NCBI GenBank assembly: GCA_036172245.1
Contig: JAYWIR010000015.1
Coordinates: 3,100,001-3,164,000, forward strand
Length of the DNA: 64,000 nucleotides
Source of the DNA: Raillietiella orientalis
Taxonomy: Eukaryota
Direction of reading: 5' to 3'
Part shown: one piece after another, positions 27,748 through 39,396 of the stretch
How positions within the stretch are numbered: position 1 is the first letter of the stretch
Layout of the letters: each line of letters opens with the position of its first letter
The notes under the pieces: generated by a model
The model's database searches: none
Seen by the model: only the letters and a program-made list of their open reading frames with translations
Told to the model about the DNA's origin: nothing
Made by a program: the position numbers and the translations under genes

Positions 27748-30452
27748 ATGAAATCCTGCAGAGTGTGCGGCAAGGATGAGCCGGAACACATGTGCACTTC
27801 CTGCGGGCGTGTCCACTTCTGCAATGAGCACGTGAAGGAGAAAGAAGACCATCAAAAGGCGTGCCAGAAGTGCGAGATAGTCCTGGCCTCCGGCAAAAAA
27901 CGCTCCGCGTACATGGTGACGACTTGTTCGCTGGAGCCCGGGGCGCTGGTCCGCGTGGAGGAGCCCATAGTGCTGATTCTCAACTCAAATAACCCCCACT
28001 GCGCGGGCTGCTTCGCACAGGTCCCTCTGGTCTACCGCTGCGAACTGTGCAACTGGCCTCTCTGCAGCGCGCTCTGCCAGTCGAGTCGGCACCACCAGCC
28101 CGAGTGCCAGCTGTTCTGCGGGTTTAACACCCGATTGCGGCGGATGCCGGTGACCTTCGGAATGCTGCCGGCCCTGCGTGTGCTGGCTCTGCGTAGCCAG
28201 CAGCCCAGTCTCTGGGCGAAGCTCCCGTACATGGACTCCCGGGATCCCAACTCCAAGCTCAAGCAGAACTACACGCAAATCATCCGGCGGTGGGGGATCG
28301 AGGACTTCCTACGCTTCCATTTTCCAAACCACCGTTATTCCCGGGAGGCGCTGATGCTGGTGTGTTCCTTGCTGGCGTCCAGCACGCTGTCGGCAGGCTC
28401 GATGCCAGGCGGGACCGGTCACCTCTTCGGGTTGTACCCGGAGCTCTGCTGCATGGAGCATAGCTGCTTGCCCAACTGCTACCTGGGCATCGGAGACGCC
28501 ACGGACCCCGTGGCCTTGAGCGCGGCGATCTCTGGGGACATTCGTAGCAGCAGCTACATGATCTTCGCGCGCTGCACCCGCAACATCCCTCCGCGTGCAC
28601 GTCTGACGATCGACTTTATCTCCAAGCTGTCGCCGACGGCCGTCAGACAGTACAAGCTGACTCTCAGGGGCCGCACCTGCAACTGCTCCCGCTGTGCGGA
28701 CCCCACCGAGCTGGGCACGTACATAGGCGCGTTTCAGTGCTTGAAAAAGCAGTGCGAAGGCTCGGTGCTGCGCGTGCCCGAAGACGCCTTCGACAGCTTC
28801 TGGTCTTGCGACAAGTGCAGCATGCAGCGCTGCAACAAGGACATTGCCGAACTCGCGGACATCATCGCCAACCAGTTTAGGGAGATCGAGAACGTTCCTT
28901 TGACCGATATCCCTTTGACCGATATCCAAGTTGAAACGAAGAAGGATGAACAATCAGAGAAAGATGAGGAAGAGGAGCAAGGCGAGTCAAAGGTCAAGCC
29001 CACGAAGAAGGCAGCAGCACTCCTGCTCGCCAAGAAGGCAAGCTCGATAAAGAAGATCAAGGAGTTGAAGGAGGCTGAGAATTCACAGCCGTACACCCTC
29101 AGGCAGTCCTTGGAGGAACTACTGCGGATGCGCGTCATGCAGTGCCACAGCTTCATAGACTGCATCAAAGAATTGGTACATCCCAACTACTTCCTTATCC
29201 TACGCTCCAAAATGATGATCACCCATTGCTACGCGGATGCGTGCGCCATCGGGGCAGTGCAAATTAGAGAGCTCATGGAAGCTTACGACTTGTGCAAGGA
29301 AGTCCTCAGCGTCCTCATTAGGATCGAGCCTGGTAAGTGGTTGCGTGAGCCTCGTACTTTAGGCGGATCGCCCGGTGTACGCGGGATGGTGGAGATCGAG
29401 GCTGCGCTCGGTTTTCTCCCCTCCCTCCTGTCCTTTCTCGGAGGGGATAAGCAAGGGGGTCTTGGGATGGGCGTGCAGCCTCACCGGACAAAAGTGACGG
29501 AGGAAGGAAGAAACTCTTTTTGAGGGCAGCACGCGCTTGAAACCGGGCAAGATGCCAGCTCTCCCTTCATTTCCTGGCCACTTTTTCTTTTTCCGTTTGG
29601 GAAGGCCGTAGAGCGCGGTGCAGTGGAGGCAGGGTGGCTCCCGTCAATCCTGCCTTCAGTTCACAGACCCATTTTCACCTCCTCTTCCTCCAAACGGGAG
29701 AGTGCAGAAAGACTGGTGTGTCCACTTTCCATTTCCATCGGCCTTTTTCCTCTTCCATCCTCGGTCTCCCCTTTTTTACCGGGCTCCGGCTGACAATCCT
29801 CGTCTCCCGGGAGTCCTTGCAGAGGCCAAACTATTCCTTCTGGATGGGGGAGGAAAATGCGCCTCTTGGAATCCCCCTCCACACCTTGGTACTTCTCACC
29901 GGATTTTCCTATTCTGCCTTGTAAGGAAAATGGAACGTGCCGTAGGGCAAGCGGGGTGGCGATATGGGGGAAGGGAAGTGAGGGTGGGAAGAAGAAGAAA
30001 AAAACATCGCCTTTCTGCTTTCAGGGGCGTTCCCAGGCCGCGGGATCATGGAGTATCGCTCTTTGCTCTTCGAGCAGATCCTCAGAAAACTGACGATGAT
30101 GAGCTCCCCTGCCACGATGAACAAATGGCTGGCGGAGGTGAGGCCGGGATCGAACGGGTTCGAGGGTGAGGGTGTGCTCAAGTGTCCCCTCCTGCCCGCC
30201 GAAGGGAGGAGAGGGAGTGAGTGAGCAGGGGGAGGAGGAGGTGTAGGAAGGGTCAACGTGCTGATATCTACCAGTGGGTCATCTCGGTGGTTTCAGAAAG
30301 CCGTTCTGGAGCGCCTCCTGAGCCAGATGACCGTGTGGTTCGATAGAGTAGAAGGAAATCGCCCTATGGACATTAAGGCCAAGAAAATGCTCAACGCCCA
30401 GATGGCATTCATTCGGCTGCTGTTGAGGATAAGGAAATGGGCAGAACCCTAA
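27748..30452 (+). CDS. SET and MYND domain protein, arthropod SmydA/msta-like (paralogue 1, ~617 aa from this ATG)
   Basis: Exons 27748-29332, 30025-30137, 30297-30452. N-terminal MYND-like finger (CRVC...CTSC...C..H...H...C), split SET with inserted MYND (CAGC...CELCNWPLCSALCQ...HQPEC), MEHSCLPNC, post-SET CNCSRCADPTELGT, LVHPNYF, IEPG. An acceptor ending at 27712 suggests an additional upstream exon. Confidence 0.9.
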
Positions 30453-33400
30453 GGGGGTGATCGCCGCCGACCCACCTGCCCACCTGCCCCCCCTTTCTGA
30501 AGACGTAGCCAGGAGGCTGATTAAAAGTGACACGATCTCTTTCGTCTTTGTTGTCGCGAGGAAGGAGGAGGCACCGGGAGGCGTTCGGTTGCACCAATTC
30601 CTTGGTTGTCTCGGGTAGAGTGGGGGAGAGATGAAGGAGCGATTCACAGGAACAGGACAAGACGGGAAGGTTCCCAGCGCCGTGAGGCTGGAGTGACCTC
30701 GGCACCAGAAAACATCGCGCAGCCGCCTCCTCTCTTGTTGGTCTCCTCCCAGACCCAAGGGAGGAGATCCTGGATGGAACACGGTGCCTACGGCACGAAG
30801 ACAACAGCGCCCCTTCTCACCGGTTTTTGCTTTGATTCCCGAGGGAAGACTTGTGCACCCTTTCTAGCATAGGAGTGAGCTGTGGGATGCGACTGCGGCC
30901 TACCTCGGCTCCTATGATTGAAAAAGTTTTAACCTGGGGAATTTATTATAATTTGCAAATAAGCATCCGTGAGCCAAAGAAAGGTCATCTCATCGCATGG
31001 GGATAACGAATCCCACCAAGGCCACCGCATCGGTAGGAGTTCAGGAGGCGTCGGCAAGCAGGTTGGCCAGAGAGGTCACAAAGTTGGAGGGGAGAATGGA
31101 AGGGAGCGAAAAAATAATAATAATAAACATCATGAAGATTTGTCTTGAAAATCACGAAAAAAACTATGAGGGCATAGGGTTAAGGATGGGATCACCAGCA
31201 ACCTCCCTGGAATCCTTAGCATCCTCTCGAGGGTTCAGATAAGATCCTCCTTGTGAGACCTCAAGTGAGGCAATCTTGCCGTGATCGTCAGAAAAGAGAG
31301 CACAACAGACGTGAGATCTGCTAGTCTGGCTGCTTTCGGCGTAGCTTCTCGCTACCAGTGATCCTCTCAGTGATCTATGACTGTAGAGGAAACCAACTAA
31401 TAGCCTCGCAACAATGCCATATCGAAGACAGAAATGGGACACACGGAAACGGATGGATGCGCCAGAGAAGAAAACACCAGGGGGATCTCGAGGTTTTCCA
31501 GGGATAGAAGGCAGGGGTAGAAGTGTCAGCAAGCTGAGTCGCCGTCCAGTATCCCAGCTCTTGCCTTCTTCCTACGATATCCTTGGCAAGAGACCTCCCA
31601 TCTTGCCGGCTGGTCACTGCGGTCGTTCTTCCGCAGGATGGCACGACGCCGCTGAGAATGTGGGCTGCCTTGTGCCCACGCGTTTCTTCTTGAGACTTTT
31701 TACGACCTCCTTCGACGAGAGCGGCTAGAGAGACGCTGGCACTGCGGTTGCTCCAGACTTCAACCACGTCTAAACCAGGCGCTGCCGTTCGTCGGCAGGC
31801 AGCAGATCCAGGAGGCGCTCCGCACCAACGCATTCGTCTGCCGAGCTGCTATGCGCGTCGGTTTGATCTTTGATGGCCACTCGCGGAGGAAGATGTCGGT
31901 CAGTCCCTCGGAGCCGACTGCTCTCCTGGAGAGGGGACGGATGTGCAGGGACTCACGGGCGTGTCACCTGGCCTCTAGGGTGAGCCTTCGAGATCGTAGC
32001 CGTCACCGCTCCATCCGCTTCAGAACCCATCCCGACGCGGGGCTGTCAGGTCTTTCAAGAGAACATGGGGGCTCCCTGCGCCGCAAAGGGCTTTCCGTAG
32101 GAAGCCTTGGGTTCGTTTTTGACTACACTACGGAAAGAACAAACAAAAAGCGGGAGATGAGGAGAGCGGTCCGTTCCGGAAAGAGAAGCTTGCCGTCCAG
32201 GAAAGGGCCAAGAGCCGATGCCTTCCGCGGGCATCTGGACCAGATTCGTCTTCTTTTTTCTTTACCGCCTCCCCCTTTCTTTTCCTGGCAAAATGCTTGC
32301 GAGCGAAAGCACCTCCTGGACTCGTACCGACTCATTGGACTTGGTGATCCATTCCACTGAGATGGGATGATCTTTTTTTTGGGCCACGACTTATTTGTAA
32401 ATTCTGATGAACGCCCCGGGGCGATCGGGTAGCAACTCCCCTGCGGACAGAACCGATATGGGGATTTGGCGCTCCGCCAGCTTCCGCCAGTGGCTGTCGT
32501 TTCCACTGGTCCGCGTGGGTTTGGATTCGGCACCTGAGCGGCGACAGTGTGGCAGAGATGCCAGCAGTCGTCGCTAACGAGGGAAATGATGACGGGAGAA
32601 CCTCGTCACACCTGTCCGTGGAGGCGGAATGCTGCAGTCACGAGGGAATTGACTCTCGGAAACGGGAAGGCATGAAGCCAGGTGACTGCCGTCTGGACGC
32701 CCGCGGTCCAGGCGGAAACGAGGGTTCGCATGGCCAAAGTTTCCGAGCCGTCCTTGCTGTACAAAGAGGAGATTTTGTTGGGGACGTGCCATGTCCAGCA
32801 CGTCTCCCGGAAACGTGTCCTCTTCCCTCCGGGAAAGAGCGAAAGAGGAGACTGCCATCTCGTCCGGTCTCGCTCGTTGGGGAGCATTCGGATAGGACGA
32901 TCCCATAGTCCCTGGCTTCCGGCTTCTCCCGACAAACGCGAGAGAAGCAGCAAGAAAAGAGATTTTCGGAAAGGGAAGAGCGCCAGGAAAAGAGATTTCG
33001 GTGGCATACCTTCTGTTTCTTCCAGGAAACTTCCTTGAGATGGAGGGAACATCGCGAAGATCTGCAGATGAGACTGAATGGTTGTCGGGCGGGGCTTCAC
33101 TGGGAAGTGCGTGGCACTGGGGAGGGGATCCGTGGACTGACTTTCAATATGGAGGCGGGCGAATTGCTGACCGAGAAGAATCTCTCCCTGGATCGCTGGG
33201 GATGGGAAGAGAAGGTAAGAGGAGGCAAGCGAAGATGCATCCGGCCATCGTGCGATACCGTCCCTTCGGCTGAGTTGCGTCTTACTGCCCCGGCGCGCAA
33301 GAAGAGCGCTCTCTCGGGGGAGGACCTCATTACTCTGAGAGTCCCTCAGCTGAGAGCTCTTGCCGTTCTGGAGCTTCTCCTGTTTCTCAGGGGCAGCTCC

Positions 33401-33927
33401 AGTCGCTTGTCGCTTGTCGGGCGACGGCGAATAGCCGTCTGTCAGGATGCTGGGAAGTACAGTTTCTCCTCCGTCCTTTTCTATCGCTTCTCATTCGCTG
33501 TCACCCCATTGCAAATTTTTTTTTTCAACCAAAAAAAAAGGGGAGAGGGGCGCAAGAGTCCATGAGGACCACTGCCTCCACCCCGAGTGGGAAAGTGGGC
33601 CGAAGGTGGTCGATGCCAAAGCGGAAGCGACCCCCTTCGGAGACGAATGGGGGAGCCGCTGACGACCTTGAGGAAACCGTGCCTTGGGGCTACCCTGGTT
33701 CACACCAACGAATTTTTGCTTGGCAGCGCTGGGGACTTGTTCGTTGCTAGCCGTTCTTGGAGGGCAGCATGGAACTTTGAGCCGGAAGCTGCTACGAAAG
33801 ATCCCAGTCACCGAAGTTGTGGGGCCCAAGGTACGCTACCCACGAGTGGTAAGGGAATGTGAAAGATGCTCCTCCTCCTCTCCTGAGATAGCGCAGCTTT
33901 GCATTTCAGAAGAGTCCAATCTACTCG

Positions 33928-36342
33928 ATGCTAAGTCACTTATCCTCCGGAGAGGGTGCCTGCACCCCAGGCCCTGGAGACGGAATGCAAATGGAGTTTG
34001 ATCCACCCTCTGTATCCACGAATTTGAGAAGGGGCACGCTGGGCGCCGGCACTGTGGTCTTGAAGGAAATTCCTCTGATTGTTGCTCTGGACACCAAGGA
34101 ATCTTACTGCATGGGATGCTTCTCTGATGACGAACTGGTGTATCACTGCACCACGTGTGGGTGGCCACTATGCAACCCTAGATGCCAGAGCAGCCTCTAC
34201 CACAAGCCCGAGTGCAACCTCTTCAAAAGTCACCAGAAAATGCTGGAGGTGATCCCACCGCCCTACCAGGCCACGCTGCTACTGAGGGCGCTAGCGTTGC
34301 ACTATGGGAAGTGCTCCCGCTGGACCAGTATCTTGGAGATGTACCCACCCTCGGGACAGCACATTGACTCCTTCCTCGCAGAGATTCCCGAGGAAGCCCC
34401 CGAGAGAGAGATCATCTTGCTGAAGTTCCTTCGCGCTCACTTCCCGAAGGAAGAGTTCACCGCAGGGTTGGTCCGGCAGATAGCGGAGGTGGTCGGCGCG
34501 GCGCATCTGCGGTGCATCATAGAGCTCTCCATGATCACCAGGAGCTTGCTCCTGATCGCCGGCACGGAAAGCGCCAAGCTGGAGCACAGCTGTATCCCGA
34601 ACTGCTACGTGGTGTTCACGGACGGAGAAATCATATTGCGCACCTGCGAGATCCTCAAGGAGGGCGAGGCGATGACGGTGAACAAGACCTGCTCCTTGCA
34701 GCCCACATTCCTGCGGCGACGAAGGATGTACGAACACCGCGTGCCGAGGTGCCGCTGCGCCCGCTGCGCCGACGTCACAGAGCTGGGCTCGTTTGTCGGA
34801 GCAATCCGTTGCGACGCCTGCAAGGAGGGGTTCTTGCTGCCTTCCGGGCCGGACGATGACAGACTTCCATGGCACTGCAGCAGGTGCGATGCGTTGTCGT
34901 ACCAATGCCGGGATTCCATCGGATTCATCGAGTCTCAGTACAGCCAGCTGGAGCAGGGCACCATGATCCTTCTCGACAGAAACGACGTCTCCCTCCACCT
35001 GGACTGCGCCAGTAGATGGAAGACCTTCGTGGAGTACTCTCTGCAGTTCGTTCATCCCAACTACTTCCAGATAGTGAAAGCCAAGATGATGATCGCCGAG
35101 ATCTTCTGGAAGGTTTCCCAGAAAAAAACCCTCTCGGCTGCCAGTTGCGCCCTTGCTGGACAAGCGTGTTCCCACGCTCTCGATGTCATCCAGATGATCG
35201 AGCCAAGTAAGCGCTTCTCCACTTCCGAGTTCTTTCGGCTGCAAGAGCATCCCTACAGTGGGGGGGAGTCCTCCACCCGCTGCGAAGACTGCACCCGTCC
35301 TGAGAGGTAAGGAGAGGGAGAGGTCAGATCAGCTGTGAAGGGTGAGCGTACCCGACCCTTCACAGTCTCCCTCTCCGGATGCATTCTGGTAGCATCTCCT
35401 CGGCAGAGGGCTCCACCACCCCTCCAAGGAAAGCGACCATCCCACCCATGTTTCGGGGACGGTGAGCGATGATTCCGCTCCTCTCCGAGTCACCCATCCC
35501 TCTCTCTGCTGTTCTTCAGCAGATCTAAACATGTGGTTCTTCCAGGGATCTCTTGCTCGAAGGCCAAGCTCAAGTACCAGAAGTTCATCTTCGAGAGAGA
35601 ACAGAAGATGGTCTGGGGAACCGGTGTTAGACCTGAAGAAAGGGACGTAATGAAGCAGGTAAACGAGCGAGGGACGTACCGCGAACGGAACAGGATGGCA
35701 GCAGAGAAGAGGGACCCTAGTTTCGGGAGATGCATCGCCGCGGGCGCATTCGATCTCTAGATGACGGTCCTGTCCGACACTACCTTTGCATTTCCAGAGA
35801 GCTTCTCCTGCCCCGCACTTTGCCTGTCCCACCCCGCAGAAATCGAATGCTCTTCCTCCTTCCCCCACGCCCACACTCCCCCCTTTCCGCTCATGCAACC
35901 GAGAATGTTCTTTTTTCAAGGGGAATCCACGAGCAGCCTGTGAGAATGATCAGGTCTCAATTTTGATCTCTCGGTAATATTCCGAATCTGCTCCTCTCCC
36001 TCTCCCTCTCCTTTGCCCGTTTGACAGGAGGATGAGAAGAAGAGAAATACTCCAAGACGATCTGAGTTGCTGAGGTTTCACAATCCCTCTGAAGGACCTT
36101 TTACCTGCCACTTTGCCACCGCGTACTGGCGTTGCTCCCATGGTGAAGCGCGTAAGCCGATGTTTCTATTCTCTCTCCTGTTCTAGGTGTTGCAATCGCA
36201 GTTGAGGATGCTGCAAGACTGCTCGTTTGCACTGTGGTACCAAAAAGAAGGATCATACTTCGACGCCCTGAGATTAGATCTTTCCAGGAACCGAAACTGG
36301 GTGAGACTGATGCATGCATACCACTCGAGCAAGGAAGATTGA
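33928..36342 (+). CDS. SET and MYND domain protein, arthropod SmydA/msta-like (paralogue 2, ~515 aa; start uncertain)
   Basis: Exons 33928-35206, 35546-35658, 36187-36342. CMGC...CTTCGWPLCNPRCQ...HKPEC, LEHSCIPNC, CRCARCADVTELGS, VHPNYF, IEP. The last two exons (113 and 156 nt) have the same lengths as in paralogue 1. Confidence 0.88.
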
Positions 36343-39300
36343 TTATGTCATGACAAGAAGGACGCCACTCGCGGAGGGAGTGATTAGAAGTTTTTAAGGG
36401 CAAAGGAATAAAAATGTCTGGATACTTTGCAAGTCGCTTTCGAAAGCGTAACGAGTATGGGAGGCAGGAGAGGGAGGGTTAGCTCAAGGAGCTATGGTGA
36501 TTACAAAAGAACAAAAAAGAGGCACAAAAAAAGACCATTTCCTTGGGTTTTGGTAGCGCTGCTGACGTTTTATGCTAAGCAGTAGGTTGCCGAGCTACCT
36601 CCTTTTAGGACTCTGTCATCCCTCTTCCTCTCCCTTCCTTCAGGGAAGTTCTGGGCTTTGAGTCTGTAGCTAGATGGGTTCTTCCCACTCCATCACAAAG
36701 GCATTGGACTGCCTGACGGCGATACGGCTGCACCTCCTGTAATAGAATGAAGAAAGGATTCTGGAAGGAAAAAGCATCGAACTTGAAAAATTCCGACACA
36801 CCGAACGAACGTTTTGCGAAGAAAAGCCACTTTCTTGAAAACCACCGCAGGCTGTTGCCGGAGCCTGCCTTGCAGAGGAGTGAACCTGTACGTTTGCGTG
36901 CACGTTTTCTGTGGTGCGCGTGCCGCTTGCATGGAAGCCGCCATGTTGGATGAGCTTGCGCCTCCGGTGGCATATCGAAATGCGCTCGTTTCACCTTTCG
37001 CGACCCCCCAAACGGAAAGTCGCTTTTGCCAGCTTTGTCGCTGCTAAAAACCGAACAAATGAAACGACTAACAAAAGAATATCCTTACGCTCCCGATCGC
37101 CATCCCACCGCCAGAACTGCTGAAAAAGTTTGCGACTGCTCCGCCCCGCTGCCCCCTCCTTTTCACCGCGCGGATCGTATCCATGGAAGAGCGATCCTTT
37201 TCCCCTTCCTCTCTCTTTCTCTCGTTTTTGCTTCCTTTCTCGAAGCAAACGAAGATAAGGCGAAGAAAACCCGAGAAAAAGTTGATTGGAATCGGCACTT
37301 GATGCAAATCCTGGACCACCGAAGGATCAGATCTTGGGAAGCTGCTGCACGAGTGAATCAGGTCTGCGCGTGAGCTATTTATTAGTCGAAGAGCCGATGC
37401 TTCCTATCCTACGTCTTCAGTCCGCATCCGAGAGGAAATGAGCAAAGTAACCGAATGAGCGGGGGGAGGAGGGGGGGGTGCCCCGCCTTCATATCGCTGG
37501 CTGCTGCAAACGACTTCGCAGAGAGCTCCGAGGCACTTCCTTGGCAGGCGGATGAGTCGGCGGGACCGCTGCCGCTTTGGAGAAACCGCACGGACCTTCC
37601 CACCCACGCGCCAAACTCGAGGAGACCACGTGCCGGGATTCGAGGAGTGAAGGAAGGAGCGGGAGGGAAGGAAAACTCAAATGCACGCACGCAGGTCGTC
37701 GGGCAGCCGAGGCAGTTCTCTTCCTTGGGGTCCCTCCCCCCCATCCCCGCATCCCGATCCCCGCAGAACGATTCCCACACGAGAGGGTGGGGAGGGGCCC
37801 ACAATGAGGTAACGCTTTCTTCCGCCGAATGCTCCGGTCCGGGAGGTTCTTCTTTCCTTTGGTCCGCTACCGCCGAAGCTGCTGAGCTCCTCAGGAGATA
37901 TCTCCGCGTGTCCGGGGATCGCGCAGTTACCCCTCCCTCATATCGTGGGATATTGCGCGCTCGCCTCCGGGTCCCCTCATCCTTCATCCACCATCCCTGA
38001 GGCGCCTTGACGTGCCGAAAGGAAAGCGCCGCTGTAGAGATGCTTCTGCTGGAGGCGCCCTCGAGGAGACCCCAGCAGCTCCACGCGGGCCCTACCCCAA
38101 AAAGGGAGGGAAGAGAGTAAGTAGGGGATGCTGGTGGTGACGGAGAGAGAGCAAAATAAGGAATCAGCGTGATGAGGGGCTCCTGGGGCTCGTCCACCCC
38201 AGTAAGGCGAAGTAGCCGCGAGGAAAGCAAGGAACCCCATTGGTATGGGAAGGAAAACTTTTGGGGGAGGAGGAGGGGGGGGCACATGAAAGGGAGAAAG
38301 GAGGGATGAAGGTGGACAAGAGAGGCTGTCGCTCCGGAAGAAGCGCGCGTAGCTCGATCGAATGTTCCGTGGCGAGGCGGAGTGAGGGGTCACTGAGGTC
38401 ATCGTTGAGGGTGCCGAAGAGGAGGGAGGGAGACTGTCGACCGGAAGGACGCTGCAAGCCTCCCCCCTCCTCCTCCTCCCTCTGCACGTACGAGCTCATC
38501 CCTCAAAGCTCCAAGTCAAGGAAAGATCGGTGCCGCTCCGCCTTGGCCTCCTCGCCGGATCGGTACGCAGACAGCAGAGGCTGAGGCAGTGTCATGAGCC
38601 CAGAAGGGAGGGGGGAGGGAACACCCTCACTTGCATCTCCACCCCCTCCACTCCCCTTCTCTTGATTGCATGCCTTCTGGCACCGCGGACCTCCCGATGA
38701 GTGCGCCCCTTTCCGGGTGCTCCGGGCCCAAAACCCTTGCGGCCCCTTTCTTACCCCTTCCCCTCCATCGGTCGCACGCGTGACCGGAGGGGTTTCGCGC
38801 TGCCGAGTTTCAACCTCCCTTCTCCCACAACGTAGGGCACGCTCTACACGACGCCCCCTTGCCCTCTTCCCTCCAAGGAACGAAATGCGCGCCTGCGCTC
38901 ACGCGTGGATTCCCTCCGAACAGCGACAACTGAGGCTTGAAGCGGAGGGGGGGGGGCAAGGGGAGTCGTCCGTCTCTCTCTCCCATCCCCTCCAGGGTGC
39001 AGCCACGCCAGCCTTCAGCTATGCTTCCTCTTTCCCTCTATTCTCGTTCCCTCTCCCACTTCCGCGTGTACTGCCATCGCTACGGAACCTCGGGGAAGGT
39101 CCGATCGCCCCGCCCCGCCCCTCGCGCGAGCGCACGCGCACGCGCACTGTCGCAGCCGAAGGAAGAACAACAGGGAAAAGGGGAAGGGGGGGGGGAAGGT
39201 CGACGCCTTTGAAAATCACCTGGGAATGACTTTCCGAGGTCAGTAGTGCCCCTGATTTCGAGGCCGAGTGTCAACCGCCCTTCAGACGCCGCTTCGCCCT

Positions 39301-39396
39301 CTGGCTGCCGGCATCGCTCCTTCGGAAGTTGGAGGGGACTAAGGAAAGAGAGACGCACGCGGAGGAGGTGGAAGCCGGAGAGAACCCGTCGCCCTC

